The notes: generated by a model from the letters alone, not told the origin. 64,000 nucleotides of DNA from Paludibacteraceae bacterium (GCA_024399495.1 JAKSNY010000007.1:40516-104515), one strand, 5' to 3'. Counted from the stretch's first letter, positions 7,881-17,101 are shown. Program-made: numbers and translations.

Positions 7881-9707
7881 ATGAGAAAACTGTTTTTAAT
7901 GTTAGTGGCTGTAGTCGCTATTGTATTGACTGGCTGTAAAAAGAAATCAGAGTTACAACCACAAGAGAGTGATGATATCATAGTTTACGGTGATATTTAC
8001 ACTGCCGAGATAGATTCCACCAAAGCCCCTGATTCGCCTGAGTACTATAAAATGGCTAAGGCAATGGTCATCAAGGATGGCAAGTTCCTATATGTTGGAA
8101 GTGTAGAGGAGGCGGACAAGTTAAAAACAGCTAAATGCCGCATAATTGACCGAAGGAACAGCGACGGCATTATTATTCCGGGTATGACAGACGGACACGC
8201 CCATTATATGCTGAAATACATAAATAAGCAAATGGAGGATAATACTATCCAATTTGCTGAGGACCTGAAATATGAGCAAGTTATTGCTATGGTGCGGGAT
8301 TTTGTGGAGAAAGCCAAAAAAGAGGGCAGGCAATTAGACTATGTCTATGGTGAAGGATATGACCCCATTAAGATGGAAAAAGACGGTAAAGACCAACGCC
8401 ATAGAAAGGACTTGGACGCCATAACTACTGACATTCCTATTTACCTTACAGGTTATGACCACCATAGCACGCTTGTGAATACCCGTTGTATGATAAATGC
8501 AGGCATCTTATATGAGGACGGCAGAGAAAAACGTACACAAGTGGCAGGTGGATTTATGTATCGTGACGATAATAATGAGCTGAACGGTGTGTTTGCAGAA
8601 CGTGCCATATCCCTGCTTCAGGGACCTGGTCTTAACAACAAGATGCACCCTACCGCCGCTCAAGTCTCAAATGGTATAGGCGAAATGCAGGACTACCTGC
8701 TGTCTGTAGGCATCACCAATATCATTGAGGGGTGGGCAAACAATTACGGTGCGGATGATGTGTCATTGTTCCAAGCGTTGAAAACACTTGATGTCAGCAA
8801 CAACTTGCACCTGAATGTCTCTCTTACATACGAGATTGAACCGTGGTACGACAATAATTACCCATTCGGACATGTGCAAAAAGCGGCACTTGTACAACAA
8901 GCATATCAATCAAAGCATGTTCATCCTGACTACATAAAACTATTTATGGACGGATGTTCGGAGATGGGAACGGGGTTCTTGACAGGCACCTATAATGGTG
9001 GAGGTGTAAAGGACAGTATATTCTCCGGTCACGGCACCGACCTATGGAGTCAGGAAGCCACAGATAAAATTGTGAAGTTGGCAAATGACGCTAATCTTTC
9101 AGTGCATACCCACGCTATGGGAGACGGAGCCGTACACCGCTGTGTTTTGGCTTATATTGCGTCAAACAATAAGAAAATGCGAAACAGCATCTGCCACCTG
9201 CGTAATGTAAATGCTGAAGATTATGCTTTAATAAAGCAGAACGATATAGCGGTTACGTCCAATATGAATTGGCATTGTTTTACAGAATCGGATACCAAAA
9301 GATTTGCAGAAACCATGCCTGCTCCGTATGATACTAAGGCATATCCTATGAAATCATTCTTTGACAACGGCATATTAGTCAGTCAGTGTACCGATACTCC
9401 GGCGGATAATGGTATTAATTACCCTTTCTATTGTATGCAGGTTGCCATCACAGGTGCGTATGAGCCAAGTTCATACATTTGGGATAAGGACGAAATAATT
9501 AACCGTTACCAATTCCTGCAAGCCGCAACTTACAATGGGGCTTGGGAGTTGCATTTGGAGAAGGAACGTGGCAGCATCAAGGAAGGTAAATATGCAGACT
9601 TTGTGATTTTAGACAAGAATATATTGACTTGTGATGTGCAAATGCTTCAGAATGTGCAGGTTCTCTACACATTCTTTGAAGGTAACGAGGTTTATCCTAA
9701 AAAATAG
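7881..9707 (+). CDS. Amidohydrolase-3 (YtcJ-like) metal-dependent hydrolase, lipoprotein
   Basis: 608 aa with a lipobox (VLTG|C). Metal-ligand motifs are PGMTDGHAHY and SVHTHAMGDGAV. A C-terminal GSIKEGKYADFVIL is typical of this family. Confidence 0.8.
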   Translation: MRKLFLMLVAVVAIVLTGCKKKSELQPQESDDIIVYGDIYTAEIDSTKAPDSPEYYKMAKAMVIKDGKFLYVGSVEEADKLKTAKCRIIDRRNSDGIIIPGMTDGHAHYMLKYINKQMEDNTIQFAEDLKYEQVIAMVRDFVEKAKKEGRQLDYVYGEGYDPIKMEKDGKDQRHRKDLDAITTDIPIYLTGYDHHSTLVNTRCMINAGILYEDGREKRTQVAGGFMYRDDNNELNGVFAERAISLLQGPGLNNKMHPTAAQVSNGIGEMQDYLLSVGITNIIEGWANNYGADDVSLFQALKTLDVSNNLHLNVSLTYEIEPWYDNNYPFGHVQKAALVQQAYQSKHVHPDYIKLFMDGCSEMGTGFLTGTYNGGGVKDSIFSGHGTDLWSQEATDKIVKLANDANLSVHTHAMGDGAVHRCVLAYIASNNKKMRNSICHLRNVNAEDYALIKQNDIAVTSNMNWHCFTESDTKRFAETMPAPYDTKAYPMKSFFDNGILVSQCTDTPADNGINYPFYCMQVAITGAYEPSSYIWDKDEIINRYQFLQAATYNGAWELHLEKERGSIKEGKYADFVILDKNILTCDVQMLQNVQVLYTFFEGNEVYPKK

Positions 9708-9715
9708 AAAACTTT

Positions 9716-11038
9716 ATGGAAAAATTAACTAAACAAGAACATTTGAATGGATTGTTGGCACTTAGTCCGGTGCTGTTGTTTGAGATTCTGTTTTTTGGTT
9801 TTATGTTGATGAGCGGAGAGTTTAGCGATGTCCCTGTTCTGCTATGTTTTGTCCTTGCTTCAATGTATGCGGTGCTACTTATGCGTCGCTTGCCTATTGA
9901 TGAGCGTATCAATGTGTTTGCTGCTGAAATGGGGCGAAACGATATTATCCAAGTCATCCTTATTCTTATCTTTGCAGGTGGTTTCGCCTCGCTGACGGAA
10001 AAAGCAGGTTGTTTGGATGCCGCTATTCAGTTCTCATTGTCTGTATTCCCCGCACGTTTTGTTTTTGTAAGTATTTTTGTGGCAACATGTGTACTTAGTT
10101 TCAGTATTGGCTCCGCTATGGGCTGTGTTGTAGCCATTGCACCTATTGCCGTTCCGCTGGCTCGTATGTACGGATTGGACGAAGCCATATTGTCAGCGGC
10201 GGTTGTAGGCGGTTCTATGTTTGGAGATAACTTGAGTATTATATCTGATACCTCCATTGCCGCCAGCCGTTACACTGGTTGCACCCCAAAAGATAAATTC
10301 CAACATAACTGGCCTGTCGCCGTACCTGCGGCATTGATAACGGCTCTCATCTATCTGCTTATCGGGTTGAATGTTACTGGGGCTGAAACTGTAGCCAAAC
10401 CGTTTGATTGGGTTATGCTTATGCCGTATGCGGTTGTTGTTATAACGGCTATATGCGGTATGAATGTGTTGCTGGTACTGCTGTTAGGTGCATTTGTGGC
10501 TTTGGGAATAGGGTGCTGGCAAGGTGCTTTCACTGTCACTGGTGGAACACGGATATGGTCTGATGGTCTTACCGCTTCCGGAGGTTTCTGCCTGTTTATT
10601 CTTATGGCGGCGGGACTGGTTGCCATTATCCAACGAATCGGCGGTATCTCGTATGTATCGCGTCTTATAGAGCAGGAGGTTCACTCCCGTAAAGGTGCCA
10701 ATATTGCTACTGCCATTGCTTCAGGTTTATTGACATCAGGTATAGCGGTGAATACTGTAGCCATCATTGCCACTTCCAGTATAGGTGTGCGTTTTGCTGA
10801 TAAGTATGGCATCTCCCGTGGTAAGATTGCATCTATACTTGATATGTCGTCTTGTTGTGTTCAAGGAATTCTTCCATACGGTATGCATCTTATTGCGGTT
10901 GCAGCATTGGCGAGCATCAATCCATTGAGAATAGTACCGTGGATGCTATATCCGTTCATCCTGTTTATTGGTGTCATTATCTATTGTTTCCTTCCGGAAA
11001 GAACAAATAAAAAATTTGCAAGTGTAAAAAAAGATTAA
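9716..11038 (+). CDS. NhaC-family Na+/H+ antiporter-type transporter
   Basis: 440-aa polytopic membrane protein. Its N-terminus (GLLALSPVLLFEILFFGF) and overall layout resemble NhaC-family proteins. It starts 8 nt after the preceding gene. Confidence 0.6.
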   Translation: MEKLTKQEHLNGLLALSPVLLFEILFFGFMLMSGEFSDVPVLLCFVLASMYAVLLMRRLPIDERINVFAAEMGRNDIIQVILILIFAGGFASLTEKAGCLDAAIQFSLSVFPARFVFVSIFVATCVLSFSIGSAMGCVVAIAPIAVPLARMYGLDEAILSAAVVGGSMFGDNLSIISDTSIAASRYTGCTPKDKFQHNWPVAVPAALITALIYLLIGLNVTGAETVAKPFDWVMLMPYAVVVITAICGMNVLLVLLLGAFVALGIGCWQGAFTVTGGTRIWSDGLTASGGFCLFILMAAGLVAIIQRIGGISYVSRLIEQEVHSRKGANIATAIASGLLTSGIAVNTVAIIATSSIGVRFADKYGISRGKIASILDMSSCCVQGILPYGMHLIAVAALASINPLRIVPWMLYPFILFIGVIIYCFLPERTNKKFASVKKD

Positions 11039-11050
11039 AAATAATTAGCT

Positions 11051-12478
11051 ATGGTAACATTTACGGTTTCTTTAGTATGTTTGGTTTTGGGGTATTTGCT
11101 ATATGGCAAATTCCTGTCCAAACTGATTAGACCTGAGGTTGAAAAACCCACTCCTGCTGTAGCACACCCTGACGGTGTGGATTATGTGCCGCTACCTAAA
11201 TGGAAGGCATATACTATTCAGTTCCTTAACATTGCAGGTACGGGTCCTATATTCGGTGCCATAATGGGTGCCAAGTTTGGTGTGTCTGCGTATGTATGGA
11301 TAGTGGTGGGGTGTGTTTTCATAGGTGCTATGCACGACTACATTTCGGGAATGCTGTCACTACGTAACAATGGTATGAGCCTGCCCGATATAATAGGCAA
11401 GTATTTAGGCAATATAGCAAGAATAAGCACCATGTCATTTATAGTGGTTATGATGTTTTTTGTGGGAGTGTTCTTTGTGTTTGCCCCTGCAAATCTTTTG
11501 AAAGGTATCTTCCCCGATACTAACATAATGGCGTGGATATACGGTATATTCGCCTACTATATACTATCCACATTGGTTCCCATAGACAAGCTTATAGGTA
11601 AATTATACCCTATATTCGCACTTGCACTGCTGTTTATGGCTGTAGGCATTTTAGTTATGCTTTATGTAAATCACCCCGCAATACCTGAGATTTATGACGG
11701 CTTCAAGAGCTTTAATCCAGGGAAACCACTCTTCCCGTTGCTGTTTGTCACAATATCCTGTGGTGCGGTCTCCGGTTTCCACGCCACACAATCACCACTA
11801 ATGGCAAGATGTCTTACAAGTGAAAAGCAAGGTAGGACTGTCTTTTATGGTTCTATGATTACAGAGGGTGTCATTGCCCTTATTTGGGCTGCCGCCGCAA
11901 ACGCATTCTATATGGAGCACGGATATGACTCTACAGAGAGTGCCGCCGCCATAGTCAATTTTGTGGCACAGGACTGGTTAGGCAGAATAGGCGCCATCTT
12001 TGCGATTTTAGGTATAGTGGTCTGCCCTATATCCTCCGGCGATACTGCGTTCCGCTCCATACGTCTAATGGTGGCTGATGTACTGCACTTGGAACAAAAA
12101 CCAATTCAGAACCGTCTTACTATATGTATTCCTCTTTTCATCGCCGCTTTTGTGGTTCTGCTTATGAATATGAACGGAGTGGAGGCGTTTGAGATTATGT
12201 GGAGATACGTATCGTGGGCTACACAGCAACTTGCAACTATAACACTTTGGGCTATAACCGTATATCTTTACAGGACAAAAGGGGCTTGGCACTATATATC
12301 TTTAATACCTGCAATGTTTATGACAATGGTTGCCATCTCATATTTCATAGTGGCACCTGAGTGTCTGGGACTTATGCAGTATTATAATTTTGCTCTGTGC
12401 TTTGCAGCCGCCGTTACCATAGCGTTATATGTTTTGTTCTTTAAGAACGAGAGATTAGGCAAAACTTCAACTCATTAA
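11051..12478 (+). CDS. cstA: CstA-family (carbon starvation) peptide/pyruvate-type transporter
   Basis: 475-aa polytopic protein carrying the CstA-type motifs FLNIAGTGPIFGAIMG and ISCGAVSGFHATQSP. Confidence 0.7.
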   Translation: MVTFTVSLVCLVLGYLLYGKFLSKLIRPEVEKPTPAVAHPDGVDYVPLPKWKAYTIQFLNIAGTGPIFGAIMGAKFGVSAYVWIVVGCVFIGAMHDYISGMLSLRNNGMSLPDIIGKYLGNIARISTMSFIVVMMFFVGVFFVFAPANLLKGIFPDTNIMAWIYGIFAYYILSTLVPIDKLIGKLYPIFALALLFMAVGILVMLYVNHPAIPEIYDGFKSFNPGKPLFPLLFVTISCGAVSGFHATQSPLMARCLTSEKQGRTVFYGSMITEGVIALIWAAAANAFYMEHGYDSTESAAAIVNFVAQDWLGRIGAIFAILGIVVCPISSGDTAFRSIRLMVADVLHLEQKPIQNRLTICIPLFIAAFVVLLMNMNGVEAFEIMWRYVSWATQQLATITLWAITVYLYRTKGAWHYISLIPAMFMTMVAISYFIVAPECLGLMQYYNFALCFAAAVTIALYVLFFKNERLGKTSTH

Positions 12479-12496
12479 CTTAAATATTACACAATT

Positions 12497-13864
12497 ATGA
12501 AAAAAGTATTTATGGCACTAATTGCTGTTGCTGCCATCTCTTTGATGGGATGTAAGGCCGATAACATACACGAACAGCCGAAACCAACTCCTATTAAACC
12601 ATCTAAACCAGCTGATGTTACATGGACAGATGATCAGTGGAAAACGATTCAATCGCTTCGCAAAGTTGATGATATGGGCTATTTGTATGAAATGAATTGC
12701 CTGTTTGATTATAAGACAGAGGAAGTGTTGGCTGCTAATACCGATAATTTGGTTGACTTGATTGACTCTATTAAGAGTGTTATTTTGAAAGAATCAAAGA
12801 CTGATTTTGTAGATATATTGGCTGATAACTTGAATGCTATCTATTCACATTGTGGCGGTTGCACTTGCTTTAGTATGGCAGGTACAAATGGTGGAAACAT
12901 ATTAGGCCGTAATTATGATTTTCCACCATCTGATGACCACACTCTGATAGTACACACACCACAAGTTAAGGATGCGAGCGGAAAAATCACTCGTTATGCT
13001 ACTGTTGGTACCTGTGATTTAGGTATCCTGACTCAGTTCATGAACGAGGAGCATGGGTATCAAACCACACGTATGCAGGAACTTGCACTATACGCACCAT
13101 ATTTTATTTTAGATGGCATGAATGACCAAGGTTTGATGTCGGGGTTAATGGTGTTGGAATATGATGGAACTTATCAGAAAACAGGCAAAGCAAAGTTGAC
13201 TAACGCTATGATTACGCGTGTTATTTTGGATAATTGTGCAACGGTTAATGAGGCGATTGACATGTTGAAACAATTTGATATTATTTCTGTATTCCAAACC
13301 ACTTTGATAACCTCTTTCACTACTCCTTGGATTGATATGCACTTCGCTTTCGCCGATAAAAATGGTGATAGGGCTATAGTGGAATGGACGCAGAATACTA
13401 TGCGCGTAATGCGTGGCACTGACTTGAAAACACAATGCCGCAAACAGACCAATCCAAAATCACCTGAGATTAAACCACAGACACGTGATGATTATGTGAT
13501 AGCGACTAACTATTATTTATCCCCGGATGCAATGAAATTCCCTACTGGAAAGACATTAGGAGATGAAATGGGATTTTGGCGTCACGACACAGTTGATTCG
13601 TTGTTGAATCTTACCACCAGTCTTACTTCGCAAAAAGCTATGGATATTTGCTATGCGGCACATATTATGAAGAATGACCCTGATTGTTGGGCTAAATTAA
13701 AGGAAGCAATGAAGGAAAGACCTTTATTGGATGTTGATAACAAACAAGATTGGCCATGGATTACCATTTGGTCATCGGTTTATGATAATAAAAATATGAG
13801 TGTTCTCTTCTGCTCACGAGAGGAATTCAATCGTCGTTACGAATTTGGATTGCAGTATAAATAA
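12497..13864 (+). CDS. Ntn C-N hydrolase (choloylglycine hydrolase / penicillin V acylase / NAAA superfamily), lipoprotein with about a 100-aa pro-segment
   Basis: 455 aa with a lipobox (SLMG|C19). The putative nucleophile motif GG-C122-TCFSMAG....GRNYDF matches the C-T-x-F ... GRNxD pattern of linear-amide C-N hydrolases. The Cys is internal, not adjacent to the signal peptide. Confidence 0.7.
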   Translation: MKKVFMALIAVAAISLMGCKADNIHEQPKPTPIKPSKPADVTWTDDQWKTIQSLRKVDDMGYLYEMNCLFDYKTEEVLAANTDNLVDLIDSIKSVILKESKTDFVDILADNLNAIYSHCGGCTCFSMAGTNGGNILGRNYDFPPSDDHTLIVHTPQVKDASGKITRYATVGTCDLGILTQFMNEEHGYQTTRMQELALYAPYFILDGMNDQGLMSGLMVLEYDGTYQKTGKAKLTNAMITRVILDNCATVNEAIDMLKQFDIISVFQTTLITSFTTPWIDMHFAFADKNGDRAIVEWTQNTMRVMRGTDLKTQCRKQTNPKSPEIKPQTRDDYVIATNYYLSPDAMKFPTGKTLGDEMGFWRHDTVDSLLNLTTSLTSQKAMDICYAAHIMKNDPDCWAKLKEAMKERPLLDVDNKQDWPWITIWSSVYDNKNMSVLFCSREEFNRRYEFGLQYK

Positions 13865-13868
13865 TAAT

Positions 13869-14080
13869 GTCCCCAATAAAAAAGGGCAATAGGGCACAAC
13901 AAAAGGGGGCGGAAGCCCCTACGCGAAGCGCGGGGTTTGGGGTGTCCCCAATAGGGAAGGGCAATAAGGCACAACAAAAGGGGGCGGAAGCCCCTACGCG
14001 AAGCGCGGGGTTTGGGGTGTCCCCAATAAAAAAGGGCAATAGGGCACAACAAAAGGGGGCGGAAGCCCCCTTATTGTTGT
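13869..14080. repeat. 75-bp tandem repeat (2.8 copies) of a triple-hairpin unit, ending in a long terminator-like hairpin
   Basis: Units start at 13869, 13944 and 14019, an exact 75-bp period. Each unit contains ggggcGGAAgcccc, cgcGAAgcg and tggggTGTcccca stems. The last copy closes into ggcacaacaaaagggggcggaagcccccttattgttgtgcc. The array lies between the convergent Ntn-hydrolase gene and tRNA-Leu. Confidence 0.9.
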
Positions 14081-14163
14081 GCCCAGGACCGGGATCGAAC
14101 CGGTATGGAAGTGAATCCACTGGTGTTTGAGACCAGCGCGTCTACCAATTCCGCCACCTGGGC
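14080..14163 (-). tRNA. tRNA-Leu (anticodon CAA)
   Basis: The minus strand reads GCCCAGGTGGCGGAATTGGTAGACGCGCTGGTCTCAAACACCAGTGGATTCACTTCCATACCGGTTCGATCCCGGTCCTGGGCA. It folds as a cloverleaf with a 7-bp acceptor stem, anticodon loop CUCAAAC, a long variable arm and a GTTCGATCC T-loop. CCA is not encoded. Confidence 0.92.
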
Positions 14164-14188
14164 TTACGGTTGTTTTGAAAAAACGATG

Positions 14189-14196
14189 CAAAGGTA
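14189..14196 (-). promoter_or_regulatory. -7 box TAccTTTG for tRNA-Leu
   Basis: The plus strand reads caaaggta, so the minus strand reads TACCTTTG. It lies 26 nt upstream of the tRNA 5' end. Confidence 0.5.
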
Positions 14197-14244
14197 AAGT
14201 AATTTTTTTAATAATAAAAATTTTTTTAATCGTTTTCTTTTATA

Positions 14245-14252
14245 TAACTTTG
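14245..14252 (+). promoter_or_regulatory. -7 box TAacTTTG for manC-lptB
   Basis: TAACTTTG lies 77 nt upstream of the ATG at 14329. The leader contains the 27-nt element at 14267..14293. Confidence 0.5.
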
Positions 14253-14266
14253 CAGTGCAAAGAAAA

Positions 14267-14293
14267 GATTTCTCGCTACGCTCGAAATGACGG
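14267..14293 (+). repeat. 27-nt GC-rich intergenic element, copy 1 (agatTtctcgctacgctcgaAatgacgg)
   Basis: 25 of 27 nt are identical to 30567..30593 on the same DNA strand. It is embedded in otherwise AT-rich leader sequence. Confidence 0.8.
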
Positions 14294-14328
14294 GAGAAGT
14301 GTTTTCTTCTGTTACTTTGTGGTGAATT

Positions 14329-15411
14329 ATGAACAGTAATAATTTTTGTGTGATAATGGCAGGCGGGGTAGGCAGCCGTTTTTGGCCCTACAGCCGTAAT
14401 GACCGCCCTAAGCAGTTCCTGGATTTTATGGGAACAGGTCGTTCTCTTTTGCAGATGACGTTTGACCGTTTTGCAAAGATAATGCCACCTGAAAATATTT
14501 TTATAGTCTCTAACAAGGCGTACAAGTCATTGATACTGGAGCAGATACCTATGATAAACGCTAAGCAGGTGCTATTGGAGCCTGCAAGGCGTAACACTGC
14601 TCCTTGCATTGCTTACGCCGCCGCAAGAATCCATGCCATAAATAAGGATGCGGTTATGGTGGTTGCTCCAAGTGACCATCTTATCACTAAGGAAACGGAG
14701 TTCTTGGATGCTGTGTCAGGCGGGCTTGAGTTTGTATCGGGTAATAACAGAATGCTTACTCTTGGCATCACCCCTAACAGACCTGAGACTGGATATGGGT
14801 ATATTCAGGCAGGAAAGGATTTTGGAGGCGGTTTTAAGAAAGTTAAGACTTTTACAGAGAAACCTAATTTAGAGATGGCTAAGGTGTTCTTGGAGAGTGG
14901 GGAGTTCTTTTGGAACGCAGGTGTGTTTATGTGGAGCGTTAAGACCATAAGGGCTGCGTTTAAGAAACTGTTACCTGAGATTTCAGCCGTATTTGAGGAG
15001 GGTGCTCCGTTAATGGGTTCAGACTCAGAGCAGACATATATTGACAGATATTTCCCATCGTGTCAGAATATATCCATTGATTACGGCATTATGGAAAAGG
15101 CAGATGAGGTTTATGTGCTTTGTGGTGATTACGGCTGGTCTGACCTTGGCACTTGGGGCTCTCTTTATGATATATCGCCTAAGGATGAGTCTGCAAACGC
15201 CACCTTAAAGGGTCAAGCTCTGCTTTATGAGAGTGAGAATAATATAGTGGTTCTGCCTAAGGGTAAGATTGCTGTGCTTCAGGGACTTAAGGATTACATA
15301 GTGGTGGAGACCGAGAATGCCTTGCTTGTTTGCCGTAAGAAAGACGAGCAGCAAATCCGTAAGTTTGTAAATGATGTCTCCAATCTTGAAAACAATAGTG
15401 ATTTTATATGA
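14329..15411 (+). CDS. manC: Mannose-1-phosphate guanylyltransferase (nucleotidyltransferase domain only)
   Basis: 360 aa with the N-terminal loop [20 protein letters not shown] and a later ETGYGYIQ motif. There is no C-terminal isomerase/cupin domain. Confidence 0.8.
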   Translation: MNSNNFCVIMAGGVGSRFWPYSRNDRPKQFLDFMGTGRSLLQMTFDRFAKIMPPENIFIVSNKAYKSLILEQIPMINAKQVLLEPARRNTAPCIAYAAARIHAINKDAVMVVAPSDHLITKETEFLDAVSGGLEFVSGNNRMLTLGITPNRPETGYGYIQAGKDFGGGFKKVKTFTEKPNLEMAKVFLESGEFFWNAGVFMWSVKTIRAAFKKLLPEISAVFEEGAPLMGSDSEQTYIDRYFPSCQNISIDYGIMEKADEVYVLCGDYGWSDLGTWGSLYDISPKDESANATLKGQALLYESENNIVVLPKGKIAVLQGLKDYIVVETENALLVCRKKDEQQIRKFVNDVSNLENNSDFI

Positions 15412-15428
15412 TTTCATCACCCGATAAT

Positions 15429-16172
15429 ATGATATTGCGTACAGAGCATCTGGTAAAGCAGTATGGCAAGCGTACTGTTGTAAATGATGTGTCTATAGAG
15501 GTAAGGCAAGGTGAAATAGTGGGGCTTCTTGGACCAAATGGGGCAGGAAAGACCACCACATTCTATATGACCACAGGGCTTGTAAAGCCTAATGGCGGTA
15601 AGATTTTTATAAATGATTTGGATATATCTGATTTTCCTGTATATAAGCGTGCAAGGGCAGGTATCGGGTATTTGGCTCAGGAGGCTTCGGTATTCCGTCA
15701 ACTTACTGTAGAGGATAATATCAAGGGGGTGCTGGAGATGACAGATTTTCCTAAGGATTATCAGAAAGAGAAACTTGAGAGCCTTATAGCGGAGTTTCAC
15801 TTGCAGAAGGTAAGGCATAATTTGGGCGACAGACTTTCTGGCGGTGAGAGACGTAGATGTGAGATAGCCCGATGTCTTGCCATAGAGCCTAAATTCATCA
15901 TGCTTGATGAGCCGTTTGCAGGTGTTGACCCTATTGCCGTAGAGGATATTCAGAGTATAGTCTATAAACTGAAATACAAGAATATAGGTATTCTTATAAC
16001 AGACCACAATGTGCATGAAACCCTAAGTATTACAGACCGTGCCTATATGCTGTTTGAGGGCAGAATAATGTTCCAAGGCAAGGCGGAGGAACTTGCCGTA
16101 AACCCTATAGTAAAGCAGAAATATTTGGGCTCTAATTTTGTGCTTCAACGCAAAACGTTTTCAGCAGAGTAA
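15429..16172 (+). CDS. lptB: LPS export ABC transporter ATP-binding protein
   Basis: It carries Walker A (GPNGAGKTT), the ABC signature (LSGGERRR), Walker B ([12 protein letters not shown]) and an H-loop (ITDHN). ATG 15429 (MILRTEHL) is preferred over the track start at 15408. The 3' end overlaps convergent nfo by 41 nt. Confidence 0.85.
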   Translation: MILRTEHLVKQYGKRTVVNDVSIEVRQGEIVGLLGPNGAGKTTTFYMTTGLVKPNGGKIFINDLDISDFPVYKRARAGIGYLAQEASVFRQLTVEDNIKGVLEMTDFPKDYQKEKLESLIAEFHLQKVRHNLGDRLSGGERRRCEIARCLAIEPKFIMLDEPFAGVDPIAVEDIQSIVYKLKYKNIGILITDHNVHETLSITDRAYMLFEGRIMFQGKAEELAVNPIVKQKYLGSNFVLQRKTFSAE

Positions 16173-17016
16173 TCTCATCTGCCCATAAAGTCTCATCGGG
16201 GGTCTCAAGAATAAGCGGAATGCCATCGGTACGCTTGTCTTGCATTATCGCTTTAAAAAGTGCTATCCCTATTTCCCCTTTCCCTATACTATCGTGTCTA
16301 TCCACCTTGCTGCCAAGTGGTTTTTTGGCATCGTTAAGGTGCATTCCCTTTAGGTATTGTAATCCTATAATTTTATCGGCGGCAGCCATAACAGCCTCAT
16401 AACCTGCTGCTTCTGTTTGGAATAAATCTGCTTGTGTATTGGGTCTTAAATCATACCCCGATGCAAACGCATGGCAGGTGTCTATGCAGAATCCAACCCT
16501 GCTTTTATCCTCCACACCGTCTATAATCTCCGCTATATGCTCAAACCTGTAGCCTATGTTGGAGCCTTGCCCTGCGGTGTTCTCTATAACGGCAATAACC
16601 CCTGCGGTCTTGTCAAGAGCCATATTTATAGACTCTGATATACGTCTTATGCACTCTGTTTCAGAAATCTCACGCAAATGGCTTCCAGGGTGGAAATTAA
16701 GGCGGTCAAGTCCTAATGCCTGACATCGTGCCATCTCCTTAATAAAAGAGTCTCTTGATTTTGCAAGACTCTCATTATCAGGGTGTCCAAGGTTTATAAG
16801 ATAACTGTCGTGGGCAAGAATGGAGCAAGGCTTATAGCCAAAATCATCACACCTCTGACGGAACAGAGATATACTTTTATCACTTAAATCAGGTGCAAAC
16901 CACTGCTTCTGATTCTTTGTAAAGAGGGCAAACGCAGTTGCTCCTATTGCATTTGCATTAAGTGGGGCGTTCTCTACGCCGCCACCTGCACTAACGTGGG
17001 CTCCGATGTATTTCAT
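16132..17016 (-). CDS. nfo: Endonuclease IV (AP endonuclease)
   Basis: [17 protein letters not shown] matches the canonical Nfo N-terminus, and HPGSH and ETP.. motifs follow. The track ORF extends 32 codons upstream to 17112, but those codons are AT-rich leader-like sequence. Confidence 0.85.
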   Translation of the reverse strand: MKYIGAHVSAGGGVENAPLNANAIGATAFALFTKNQKQWFAPDLSDKSISLFRQRCDDFGYKPCSILAHDSYLINLGHPDNESLAKSRDSFIKEMARCQALGLDRLNFHPGSHLREISETECIRRISESINMALDKTAGVIAVIENTAGQGSNIGYRFEHIAEIIDGVEDKSRVGFCIDTCHAFASGYDLRPNTQADLFQTEAAGYEAVMAAADKIIGLQYLKGMHLNDAKKPLGSKVDRHDSIGKGEIGIALFKAIMQDKRTDGIPLILETPDETLWADEITLLKTFCVEAQN

Positions 17017-17101
17017 AGGGGCAAAATTAACCATTTTGTAATAAATTATCAATAGATTGCAATTTTTCTTGCTTTTTTTGGTGCAATTGTAAAAAACTAT
17101 G

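Noticed and set aside
13827-14130. Three overlapping ORFs (13827..14120 -, 13837..14052 -, 13867..14130 +) with internally repeated peptides, and the possibility that the array is a CRISPR
   Set aside because: The ORFs are translation artefacts of the 75-bp tandem repeat, and one runs into the tRNA gene. The array is not a CRISPR because whole units repeat head to tail, with no unique spacers and no cas genes nearby.
14080-14328. tRNA-Leu as an integration hotspot for a genomic island or prophage
   Set aside because: There is no integrase, no direct repeat of the tRNA 3' end and no phage or mobile genes on either side. The flanks are housekeeping or metabolic genes.
16132-16172. 41-nt overlap of the convergent lptB and nfo 3' ends as a possible antisense regulatory arrangement
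   Set aside because: The overlap is real in the sequence. The simplest explanation is short non-conserved C-terminal extensions on both proteins, and there is no supporting structure or motif.
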